DNA from: an uncultured Chlorobiaceae bacterium
GTDB taxonomy: Bacteria; Bacteroidota; Ignavibacteria; UBA10030; SZUA-254
Assembly (NCBI GenBank): GCA_964523395.1
Contig: CAZFXS010000003.1
Coordinates: 209,505 to 273,504 of the forward strand
DNA length: 64,000 nt
Direction: 5' to 3'
Shown here: in pieces, positions 1 through 8,349 of the stretch
How the letters are laid out: every line of letters starts with the position of its first letter
How positions within the stretch are numbered: position 1 is the first letter of the stretch
Made by a program: the position numbers and the translations under genes
Notes under the pieces: model-generated
Database searches by the model: none
The model's input: the letters and a program-made list of their open reading frames with translations, nothing else
Told to the model about the DNA's origin: nothing

Positions 1-198
1 GGAATTATGGTGGCGGATGATATCGTTCACCTTCATGGAAATTTCTTGGGAGCAATTATCGGTTTGACAAATTCCCCTACTGGTAATGTGGTTGGTAATG
101 GTAATGCCAGAATTAAGTTCTCGAAAAAAGCTATAGCTAATGCCACAAGTTTTGAAGTAAATGGTTCGGTTCCTAAAGTTATTGCTTGGTGGGAATAA
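1..198 (+). CDS. 3' end of an ORF that continues upstream of the window; product unknown.
   Basis: The reading frame is open from position 1 and stops at 198; a terminator follows. I recognise no family. Confidence 0.3.
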   Translation, partial: GIMVADDIVHLHGNFLGAIIGLTNSPTGNVVGNGNARIKFSKKAIANATSFEVNGSVPKVIAWWE

Positions 199-236
199 AA
201 GTTATCCCATTGTAATAAATACAGTTGAGTCTGAGG

Positions 237-275
237 GGTCGGAGAGAAGATAGGCTTTCCGACCTTTCTTTTTTG
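237..275 (+). terminator. Rho-independent terminator.
   Basis: A 7-bp GC-rich stem, ggtcgga (237-243) pairing with tccgacc (258-264), is followed by tttcttttttg. Confidence 0.6.
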
Positions 276-423
276 TATTTGAGTCGTCCTTTTTTCGAAA
301 TCCTTCCTTTTTCCTAATCTTTGACAAAAGATTGTGATGTGAAATACAACTCTCATTGATAGTCATTCTTCAGGTTTGTTCATTAATGCTGATTTTTTAC
401 ACAGAAACTGAACCATAGAAGGA

Positions 424-2142
424 GTGACTATGAAGAATTGTTTCCGGTTTTTGTTGTCAGTGCTTTTATTTGTTGCCGGACTAAACGGAATTATGGCGCA
501 AGAAGACCCGCCGAATCCTTCACCGCACGGAGTTATCGATGGAACGGTGCTTGATGATTCCACAGGCCTGCCGATCCGTGAGGCCCGGGTGAAATTCTTT
601 AATATCCATCGATTGTGGACTGAAGGAACACATACCGACTCCAACGGATATTATCATGCCAGCCTTGATACCGGAAACTATCTCGTTCGTGTTGAGAAGT
701 TCGGTTATATTCCTGAATGGTTCGACAATGCACGCGAAGTCAGAGATGGCTTAGTCCTGGATTTACATCAGGATACAACGTTAACGGCGAATGTCAGTCT
801 CCAGCCGTTTGAACCCCCGATATTCGTAAATGTTACCGGCACAGTTACTGACAGTGCCACGGGTGCACCGTTGCAGAATGCACTTGTAGCATTTGTGCGT
901 CCGCATCGCTGGCTGAAATGGCTCGAGGAGCTTTCCGACTGGAATGGCGGCCCCCCTGAAGAACGCGTATTCCTTCCGGGACTTGGCAGACTGCATGGAG
1001 TAGTTTGGTTTGGACTCACAGACGAAAATGGAAATTATGAAGCTCATGTGCTGAAGAACCTTCCGTTTATCGCTGTCGCGGTGAAACCGGGATATCTCCA
1101 TGAGTTTTACAATAATAAATTGTGGCCCTTTGATGCCGACAAAATTGTCGCGACGGGAAATTTATCCGGTATTAATTTTGATCTTGTACAAAATCCTCTC
1201 GCGGTGAATACCTTGTCCGGCAGAATAGTTGATTCGTCAGGATCCGGAGTTCCGTCGCACGTGCTTCTCGTGCGCCTGCTTCCCAATTCTGCAATGCGTG
1301 TCAGATACGTTCCAACGGACTCGCTTGGGAATTACCTCTTCCAGCACCTGGTACCCGGGCGCTTTCTTGTGAAGGCTGTGCCGATGAACGGTTTTGCGCC
1401 CGCATGGTATGCCGAGAATGAGTGTGGTATACGGAATTGGCATAATGCCGATGTCGTTGAGGTGTTGTCAAATGTCAGCAACATTGATGTTTGTGTACGG
1501 CCGTATCGCAGAGATGGATTCTGCAGAATCAGCGGAAATATTAGTGAAGGCGGTGGAAATCTCTTTTCGGCGGCAGGGTTAGGTGGTGTGTCTGTGTATG
1601 CGGTTTCTGGCATTACGGGCGAAGTCGAAGGATATGATATTACCGAAGATGACGGGTCGTACTCTATTGACAATCTTACACCCGGATCATATACGGTGAC
1701 AATTGATAAAGAAGGATACGTCTCCGGAAATTCACCAGTCGTTACGGTTGATGAAACCAACGGCTATGATGCCGGAAATCAGGACGTTGGTATAACCTCC
1801 GATCCGTTGCTTGGTGTCGTAAACAACCAGCCTGAAATGCCAAAGGCATTTCAGCTCTATCAGAATTTCCCGAACCCGTTCAATCCGGTGACGGTTATCC
1901 GGTATGACGTGCCTGTGGCGAGTATTGTTACGCTTAAGGTGTATAACCTGATCGGTCAACGGGTTCAAACGCTCGCCGACGAGGTAAAGCAGGCTGGTTC
2001 ATATTCCGTACGATGGAATGGAACCGATGACAATGGCAAGCAAATGACAAGCGGTATCTATTTTGTCAAATTTATCGCGAAGCCGGTTGACGGTGAACGG
2101 CCTGCGTATGAATCACTGCGGAAAATGATTATGGTGAAATAA
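424..2142 (+). CDS. Secreted multi-domain protein with carboxypeptidase-regulatory-like (CarboxypepD_reg) beta-sandwich repeats and a T9SS C-terminal sorting domain.
   Basis: N-terminal signal peptide MTMKNCFRFLLSVLLFVAGLNGIMAQ. Repeated segments of the form GTVxDxxTGxPIxxAxV. C-terminus YQNFPNPFNPVTVIRYDVP...LKVYNLIGQRV...SGIYFVKF matches the T9SS type-A C-terminal domain motif. Confidence 0.8.
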   Translation: MTMKNCFRFLLSVLLFVAGLNGIMAQEDPPNPSPHGVIDGTVLDDSTGLPIREARVKFFNIHRLWTEGTHTDSNGYYHASLDTGNYLVRVEKFGYIPEWFDNAREVRDGLVLDLHQDTTLTANVSLQPFEPPIFVNVTGTVTDSATGAPLQNALVAFVRPHRWLKWLEELSDWNGGPPEERVFLPGLGRLHGVVWFGLTDENGNYEAHVLKNLPFIAVAVKPGYLHEFYNNKLWPFDADKIVATGNLSGINFDLVQNPLAVNTLSGRIVDSSGSGVPSHVLLVRLLPNSAMRVRYVPTDSLGNYLFQHLVPGRFLVKAVPMNGFAPAWYAENECGIRNWHNADVVEVLSNVSNIDVCVRPYRRDGFCRISGNISEGGGNLFSAAGLGGVSVYAVSGITGEVEGYDITEDDGSYSIDNLTPGSYTVTIDKEGYVSGNSPVVTVDETNGYDAGNQDVGITSDPLLGVVNNQPEMPKAFQLYQNFPNPFNPVTVIRYDVPVASIVTLKVYNLIGQRVQTLADEVKQAGSYSVRWNGTDDNGKQMTSGIYFVKFIAKPVDGERPAYESLRKMIMVK

Positions 2143-2181
2143 TCAATTTACCATAATCAGGAATTTCTTTACGAAACTTCA

Positions 2182-2212
2182 AGGGGCAACATATAGTTGC
2201 CCCTTTTGTTTT
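2182..2212 (+). terminator. Rho-independent terminator.
   Basis: Stem aggggcaac / gttgcccct with loop atata, followed by ttttgtttt. Confidence 0.85.
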
Positions 2213-2302
2213 AATTGATTTTAGGATGAGAAATGTGTATCCTCCATCTGATTTTTTCAGAGCTGTAAATAACTATCGGGGTAATTCGCTGACACTGTAT
2301 TC

Positions 2303-4756
2303 ATGAATATATCTCCTTCATCAAATCATCAGAAATTTTTCGCTTCCTCGTTTGATTACGCGATAATTGTATTGTGCGGTCTGTTCTTTTGCGTGGGAGT
2401 ATTTTCGCTCAACGAAATATCGATCTACACACCGGATAGCACCCGGTACCTCGTGTGGGCAAAATCGCTGTCAGACATGATGGGGTTCTACGACGGAACG
2501 ATGCCGGAGGCTTCGCGTTATGTTGTCCATGCGCCGTTATATCCACTGCTTCTTGCTCCTGTTTCGTTTTTCTTTCCTCAAAGTATCCTCGCGCCAAAAA
2601 TTATCACTCTTCTGATAGGAACCATTGCTCTCTTTTTTCTCTATCGCTGGATGCGCTCTTTCATTCACAGCGGAATCGCGTTTCTGGGGTGCGCTGCACT
2701 TGCAGTGAACCCGTTGTATTTTCTCTATTCCACGGAAGTTCTGTCGGATGTCCCATTTGTCTTAAGTCTTATTCTCGTCTGCATTCTTGTCTCAAAAATT
2801 ACATCTGCCGGAGATTTCCGCCTCCGGGACGTAACTGCTTTGGCGCTATCGGTTGCCGCCGCATTGTTATTGCGTGAAATTGGCATCTCAGTCCTTATAG
2901 CGGCTGTTTTGTTTTTAGTATTCGGGAAAAAATACAAAGAAGCCGGCTTCGTATTTATTATACCGGTTGTTATTTATGGTGCATGGTATGTGCGGAATGA
3001 GCTTGTTGTTGCAGCTCTTGAACAACCGGTACTGACAAACTCTAAAATTTTCAGTTATCATTTCTTCACACCGGCAGACGCAACTCTGGCTCAGGAATTT
3101 ATGGCGCGGATTACTAATAATGCTGAAGTTTACGCAAAACTCATCGGAGATCTGCTTCTTTTTCCAATGTACTTCTCGCCGCAGTATGATCTGGTCGCTC
3201 CTTCCGAACCCATGGTCTCGTTCGTGAAAGGAATCCTTCTTTATGGGAAGTATCCGGTGTTCATTCTTCTATTCTCATCTTTTGTCTATGGAGTAATTAC
3301 AGACGTTCGACGGTCCGGGACAGGATTGTTCCATGTGCTGTTTATCGCACTTTATATAGGCGTAATGTTATTCTATCCTATCAATGATATTCGATTCCTG
3401 CTTCCTCTGATCGTAATAGCAGTGTATTATTTTGTCTGTGGAATAACTCAGTTTTCCGTTAGCCGAATTATTGCTATTCCTTTTGCCGGTGTACTGCTAT
3501 TGCCGAATATTGTCTGGGGTTATTCTTTTGTGAGGAACAGCCATGACTACGCCTCTCATCCGGTCGAATTCTATGAATCGGGCAGGTCGGAGAAAGATTA
3601 TCCAACCCATTTTACCAAGCCGTTCAGGCTGGCAGGGGGGTGGATTCAATCGCATACGCCACCTCAATCGGTGCTTATTTCTCAATGGAAAGACCTGGCA
3701 TTTTGGATTGGTGAGCGAAAGCTTCTGAACGTTGACCAGACAATTGCTCCTGATGAGTTTGAGAATCTCATCCGTGATTACGGGATAACATTTCTGGTAA
3801 GCCAGGTAAAACGGGGGGAAATTTCGGAATTTGCTTTCCAGGTGCACCATGCTCGTCGTTATGAATTTACGTTGCAACATCGCGTCGGTAACACGGAAGT
3901 ATACGAAATTACACGAAGGAAAAATTCGGGACAACCTGAGAGCAATATCTCCCGGTTTGAGGAAAGTCTCAGGGCATTGGATGAAGAGCGGTATGATGCA
4001 GCTGAAACCATTTTAGATTGTCTGTGGCGTGATAATAACAGAAACTTAACTGCGCTCTTTTATCTTGCGACCGCGAAAGAATGCGGTGGAAAACTCATAG
4101 AAGCGGATTCACTATTTGAGTTCATGCGCGAGCATCCCCAGGCAGGAATATTTTTGGGGAAGGCGGGAACCCACCGTCAAATCATCCGTCAATTGAAACT
4201 CGTTGCGCAAGATTCCTCTTCCACCGGGAAAGCAGAAAAACTGCTTGCTGTCGGTGCAGGTTACTGGAACATGGGGCTCCGAACACAAGGGAAAAGTTCG
4301 GTATCGCAGGCTCTGAAGGCAGATTCTCGGTTTGCGAACGCACTGATCTTTCAAACGCTCTTCGCGCTGAAGGAAGGTGATACGATCCTTGCCGTAAAGA
4401 CTGCTCGCGAATTGGAGTCCGTTCACCCGGGTCATCCGGTAAGCTCTGTTTTTAACCGTATGTTTTCAATCTTTGATTCTGTGTCGGTTGTTTCCGATAC
4501 TTCAAAACGTTCTGATTATTTTTTCCAGCTTGCGGAGCAATATCTTGCCCTCGGATTAACAGAGGATGCGGTGGATTGCGGGCTTTTATCGCTGGAGAGT
4601 AATCGTGCGAATTCCCAGACACTGGTCCTTCTTGCAGATATTTACATAAAGAAGCGCCGGTTCGCCCCCGCAAAAAAAGCGTTGCAACATGCTCTCGAAA
4701 TTGATCCCCTTCAAGAAAACGCACGTCTTCTGCTTTCAGAAGCAATGCAACACTAG
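2303..4756 (+). CDS. Integral-membrane GT-C fold glycosyltransferase (ArnT/PMT/GT39-like) with a C-terminal TPR-repeat domain; TMTC-like architecture.
   Basis: About 10 predicted TM helices in the N-terminal ~400 aa, with a first-loop acidic motif P-D-S-T-R-Y resembling the DE/DxD of ArnT/PMT. The C-terminal ~250 aa have TPR-like helical repeats (LALGLTEDAVDCG...LADIYIKKRRFAPAKKALQHALEIDP). Confidence 0.6.
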   Translation: MNISPSSNHQKFFASSFDYAIIVLCGLFFCVGVFSLNEISIYTPDSTRYLVWAKSLSDMMGFYDGTMPEASRYVVHAPLYPLLLAPVSFFFPQSILAPKIITLLIGTIALFFLYRWMRSFIHSGIAFLGCAALAVNPLYFLYSTEVLSDVPFVLSLILVCILVSKITSAGDFRLRDVTALALSVAAALLLREIGISVLIAAVLFLVFGKKYKEAGFVFIIPVVIYGAWYVRNELVVAALEQPVLTNSKIFSYHFFTPADATLAQEFMARITNNAEVYAKLIGDLLLFPMYFSPQYDLVAPSEPMVSFVKGILLYGKYPVFILLFSSFVYGVITDVRRSGTGLFHVLFIALYIGVMLFYPINDIRFLLPLIVIAVYYFVCGITQFSVSRIIAIPFAGVLLLPNIVWGYSFVRNSHDYASHPVEFYESGRSEKDYPTHFTKPFRLAGGWIQSHTPPQSVLISQWKDLAFWIGERKLLNVDQTIAPDEFENLIRDYGITFLVSQVKRGEISEFAFQVHHARRYEFTLQHRVGNTEVYEITRRKNSGQPESNISRFEESLRALDEERYDAAETILDCLWRDNNRNLTALFYLATAKECGGKLIEADSLFEFMREHPQAGIFLGKAGTHRQIIRQLKLVAQDSSSTGKAEKLLAVGAGYWNMGLRTQGKSSVSQALKADSRFANALIFQTLFALKEGDTILAVKTARELESVHPGHPVSSVFNRMFSIFDSVSVVSDTSKRSDYFFQLAEQYLALGLTEDAVDCGLLSLESNRANSQTLVLLADIYIKKRRFAPAKKALQHALEIDPLQENARLLLSEAMQH

Positions 4757-4968
4757 ATCCAGTATTACCTCATTCCGGTGATTCGCGGCTTTTCTCTTCG
4801 TGTGACATAAAACAACCCCCATTTTACTCGTTTGCAGGAAAGTTGTACTTTGTTTCCAGTAATTTTGATGGTGCTTTTAGCAGGAAAAGATTACTGACAT
4901 CAAGAAAAGATTTCTGATGGCGACTGACGAAAACAGTTAAAAAGCGGGATTTTTGCGATGGTTCCCGC

Positions 4969-4983
4969 TGGCACGGTGGTTGC
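4969..4983 (+). promoter_or_regulatory. Sigma54 (RpoN)-type -24/-12 promoter upstream of pilin copy 1.
   Basis: TGGCAC-ggtgg-TTGCG matches the TGGCAC-N5-TTGCW consensus and lies about 80 bp upstream of the ATG at 5063. Confidence 0.6.
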
Positions 4984-5062
4984 GAAGTAAGAAGCAGATA
5001 AGATTGAAAATAAAATAATAAAAACTAATAAACCATAAACTAACCAACGTAGGAGATTTACC

Positions 5063-5452
5063 ATGGGTCAGCAACAGCTCTTATTGATCATCCTCGGCGT
5101 TATCATTGTCGGTATCGCCATAGCAGTCGGTATATCAATGTTCAGTTCCGGTAGCGTCCAGGCGAACCGTGACGGTATTGTGAACGACTTGAATAACCTC
5201 GCAGCCAATGCGTATCAGTTCAAAATTCGCCCGACAACGATGGGCGGAGGCGGCGGAACATACACAGGCGGTTCAGGCTACACCATTCCGACCAAATTAG
5301 TGACGAATGAAAACGGCAGCTATACCCGCACAAACGCAGCTCAGGCAGTTACATTCGTCGGTACGTCAGCTTCCGGATACGGAACAGTTACCGCGGTATG
5401 CGACAGCTCAGGCGCGCTTGGCAGCTTCACCTATACCGGTCAGTTCCAGTAA
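5063..5452 (+). CDS. Major pilin-like protein (type IV pilin-like, non-canonical N-terminus), copy 1.
   Basis: 129 aa. M-G-Q-Q-Q is followed by a ~22-residue hydrophobic helix (LLLIILGVIIVGIAIAVGISMF) resembling the pilin alpha1-N segment, but it lacks the leader peptide and Glu5. There is a Gly-run (MGGGGGTYTGGSG) and an S/T/G-rich globular part. The RBS aggag sits 7 nt upstream, and an in-frame TAA 9 codons upstream fixes the start. The gene lies in a T4P-like cluster. Confidence 0.6.
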   Translation: MGQQQLLLIILGVIIVGIAIAVGISMFSSGSVQANRDGIVNDLNNLAANAYQFKIRPTTMGGGGGTYTGGSGYTIPTKLVTNENGSYTRTNAAQAVTFVGTSASGYGTVTAVCDSSGALGSFTYTGQFQ

Positions 5453-5490
5453 GCCGGTTACGATTTAAGGCGAAGATCGCATAACATATT

Positions 5491-5532
5491 GCCGGCGATA
5501 GAGATTTTCTCTGTCGCCGGCTTTTTGTTTTC
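5491..5532 (+). terminator. Rho-independent terminator after pilin copy 1.
   Basis: Stem gccggcgatagag / ctctgtcgccggc (one G-U pair), followed by tttttgttttc. Confidence 0.85.
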
Positions 5533-5717
5533 AGGGCTTTTTGGATGGTAACATGTCAATTAACGACTATTCTCATTAAGCAACATCGGAAGAATATACA
5601 TGCCCTCAGGTAAAAATTACCGTCAGCAAAAGTGCAGCATTAGTTTCGTAATGTAAAAAGTGCCAAAAATCGCTAATATTAGTAAAAAAGCAAAGTTATG
5701 AGAAGATAGACCTTGGT

Positions 5718-5733
5718 TGGCACACCGGTTGCA
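5718..5733 (+). promoter_or_regulatory. Sigma54-type -24/-12 promoter upstream of pilin copy 2.
   Basis: TGGCAC-accgg-TTGCA is a perfect match to TGGCAC-N5-TTGCA, about 77 bp upstream of the ATG at 5810. Confidence 0.65.
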
Positions 5734-5809
5734 GTTATAGGGACAGTTAAATTGAAATAAAATAATAAAAACTAATAAACCATAAACTAACCAACGTAGG
5801 AGATTTACC

Positions 5810-6199
5810 ATGGGTCAGCAACAGCTCTTATTGATCATCCTCGGCGTTATCATTGTCGGTATCGCCATAGCAGTCGGTATATCAATGTTCAGTTCCGGTA
5901 GCGTCCAGGCGAACCGTGACGGTATTGTGAACGACTTGAATAACCTCGCAGCCAATGCGTATCAGTTCAAAATTCGCCCGACAACGATGGGCGGAGGCGG
6001 CGGAACATACACAGGCGGTTCAGGCTACACCATTCCGACCAAATTAGTGACGAATGAAAACGGCAGCTATACCCGCACAAACGCAGCTCAGGCAGTTACA
6101 TTCGTCGGTACGTCAGCTTCCGGATACGGAACAGTTACCGCGGTATGCGACAGCTCAGGCGCGCTTGGCAGCTTCACCTATACCGGTCAGTTCCAGTAA
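5810..6199 (+). CDS. Major pilin-like protein, copy 2 (nucleotide-identical to 5063-5452).
   Basis: The 390-nt CDS is 100% identical to copy 1 and has the same RBS region. The upstream promoter region and downstream terminator are diverged. Confidence 0.6.
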   Translation: MGQQQLLLIILGVIIVGIAIAVGISMFSSGSVQANRDGIVNDLNNLAANAYQFKIRPTTMGGGGGTYTGGSGYTIPTKLVTNENGSYTRTNAAQAVTFVGTSASGYGTVTAVCDSSGALGSFTYTGQFQ

Positions 6200-6237
6200 G
6201 CCGGTTAAGATTTAAGGCGAAGATCGCATAACATGTT

Positions 6238-6290
6238 GCCAGCGATGGAGGTTCAATCCTTCTGTCGCTGGCAATATGCTTTTATGGCAT
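6238..6290 (+). terminator. Degenerate terminator-like hairpin after pilin copy 2.
   Basis: Stem gccagcga...tcgctggc with a weak T-tract (gcttttatgg). It is homologous to the 5491-5532 terminator but diverged. Confidence 0.4.
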
Positions 6291-6299
6291 AAAGATTGT
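6285..6299 (+). promoter_or_regulatory. Possible sigma54-like element (TGGCAT-N5-TTGTA) upstream of pilin 3.
   Basis: TGGCAT-aaaga-TTGTA has GG at -24 and the correct spacing, but GT rather than GC at -12, so it is weaker. Confidence 0.3.
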
Positions 6300-6361
6300 A
6301 GTATATGTATTGACAAAACACAGAGACAGACATTAATAGTTTTCTTAACAAAGGATAGTAT

Positions 6362-6739
6362 ATGGGCACCCAACAGATGCTGTTGATAATCGTAGGCGTA
6401 ATTGTTGTCGGTATTGCAATCGCCGTTGGGTTAAGTTTATTCAATTCAACAAGTGCGGAATCCAACCGGGATGCTATTGTAAATGATATGATGAATATCA
6501 GCCAATATGCCTATCGGTATAAACTGACCCCTATTCCGTACGGTGGCGGCGGGCGAAGTTATTCGGGGTTTACGATCCCTGAAAAACTCAGTAATAATGA
6601 AAATGCCACATACATGTCTGAAGCAGGTCCGGCTTCAGTCCGGTTCATAGGAACCTCAAATTATGGTTATGGAACTGTTGCTGCGGTTCTGGACAGTTCA
6701 GGGGAGCTTTCCGCTTTTACCTTTAGCGGACAATGGTAA
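6362..6739 (+). CDS. Pilin-like protein, divergent paralog of the 5063/5810 genes.
   Basis: 125 aa. N-terminus MGTQQMLLIIVGVIVVGIAIAVGLSLF has the same M-G-x-Q-Q plus hydrophobic helix architecture. It has a Gly-run (YGGGGRSYSGFTIP) and the conserved motifs NRDxIVNDxxN and GTSxxGYGTVxAV. Confidence 0.55.
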   Translation: MGTQQMLLIIVGVIVVGIAIAVGLSLFNSTSAESNRDAIVNDMMNISQYAYRYKLTPIPYGGGGRSYSGFTIPEKLSNNENATYMSEAGPASVRFIGTSNYGYGTVAAVLDSSGELSAFTFSGQW

Positions 6740-6945
6740 TTCTTACCAGATAGTCTCCATAAAAATATAAAGTACAGGTTTCCCCCTTTTTCAAGCACTT
6801 TTACCAAGCGTACCAACCTTAAAAAGTATTGCCTGCGTCACAAGGCTGTTGCATTTCCAGGGGTCCCTCTATACATTGCCCACGTGAAAAAACGGGTAAA
6901 TTGAGATAAGATTAGGATTAATAAACAAAAGAATGGAGCATTGCA

Positions 6946-8298
6946 ATGCCAGAATTCAGAGTAGAGGGCCTTTCATCAACCGGGAAACCTGTTCAGGGTA
7001 TAATCGAGTCGGAAAATACGCGTGCGGCCAAACAGAAGGCGCAACAGATGGCAACGCAGCGGAAATTCAAACTCATCAGGATTCTTCCCAGATCAACCTT
7101 TCTTTATAAAGTACAGCGGGGAACTGATAAACCTGTTCTTGGTGAACAGAAAGCGTTTACCAAGGAAGAGGTCCAGGATGCTCTGTCGAAAATGGGTTTC
7201 AGAGTCATCAGCGTTAAGAAGAAAACGTTCGATGTAAAAGTAAAACCACCGACAACCGAAATTGTGACATTCGTACGCGTCAGTGCTGACCTAATACGTC
7301 AGAAGCTTCCGTACAATGAAATTCTCCAGCTCATGGTGAATGACATTGAAAATAAAACATTGCGCGATGCCGTCCGTGAAATCAACAATGAGTTGAAACA
7401 GGGTAAAGACAGTGAAAAGGTTTTTATCAAGCAGGAAAACGTCCTCGGGCGTTTCACCGCGCATATGCTTGGTCTTGCGTCGAAGAGCGGTAACATGGCG
7501 GATATCTATGACAGCACAGCGAAGTTTCTCGAACGCAGGGCGGAATTCCGCAAGAATCTGAAAAGCGCATTGATCATGCCGATCGTAACCTTAATCGCGC
7601 TGTTCGGCGCGTGCGTGTATTATGTCGGATTCATTTTCCCGGGTATGGCGGAAATATTTGTTCGCCTCAAAGTGGATATGAGGCAATTTCCAATGACATA
7701 TGCAACGCTGCAGATGAGTGATTTCCTGCAGGATAATATATTTATCATACTCCTGTGCATCACTATTCCTGTGGTCCTTGCGGCAAGATTTTTTACCACC
7801 GAGCGCGGAAGATTCTTCTTGGATCAGTATATCTGGAAAGTTCCGGTTATCGGGAGCCTGCTTCATAAAACTTCCATCGAAATTTTCTGCCGGGTATTCT
7901 ACGCATTGTACAGTGGTTCCGGCGAAAATATTGATGTTATCAAAATGGCAGCAGAAGCAAGCGGCAATAAATATATGGAGCATAAGGTAAAGACCATTGC
8001 TATTCCGATGATGGTGGAAAAAGGCGCAGGAATCACCGAAGCATTTGAAGCATCGGGAGTGTTTACAAAGACGGCTATTTCCCGTCTTCACTCAGGCGCA
8101 GAAACAGGTACGGTCAAGCATACGGCGCTCCAGCTTGCCGAGTATTATGAAAAAGAGACAACCTATAAGATGCGTAATGCTATCGATTTCATTCAGCTCT
8201 GGATCAGTCTGATTATCATGGTCGTATTGACAGCGTTAACGCTCGTTTCATCAGAAACGGCAACGTTCCATCCCAATACGGCGCCCGGACAGCATTAA
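6946..8298 (+). CDS. pilC: PilC/GspF-family inner-membrane platform protein of a type IV pilus / T2SS.
   Basis: 450 aa. The N-terminal cytoplasmic region (FRVEGLSSTGKPVQGIIES..AAKQKA) is typical of PilC. Two T2SS-F-like domains and three TM segments are present. The gene is adjacent to the PilB-like ATPase. Confidence 0.75.
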   Translation: MPEFRVEGLSSTGKPVQGIIESENTRAAKQKAQQMATQRKFKLIRILPRSTFLYKVQRGTDKPVLGEQKAFTKEEVQDALSKMGFRVISVKKKTFDVKVKPPTTEIVTFVRVSADLIRQKLPYNEILQLMVNDIENKTLRDAVREINNELKQGKDSEKVFIKQENVLGRFTAHMLGLASKSGNMADIYDSTAKFLERRAEFRKNLKSALIMPIVTLIALFGACVYYVGFIFPGMAEIFVRLKVDMRQFPMTYATLQMSDFLQDNIFIILLCITIPVVLAARFFTTERGRFFLDQYIWKVPVIGSLLHKTSIEIFCRVFYALYSGSGENIDVIKMAAEASGNKYMEHKVKTIAIPMMVEKGAGITEAFEASGVFTKTAISRLHSGAETGTVKHTALQLAEYYEKETTYKMRNAIDFIQLWISLIIMVVLTALTLVSSETATFHPNTAPGQH

Positions 8299-8349
8299 TA
8301 ATGAACGGGAGATAGACAGAAGAACACTTTTTATTAAGGCTGACATAGA

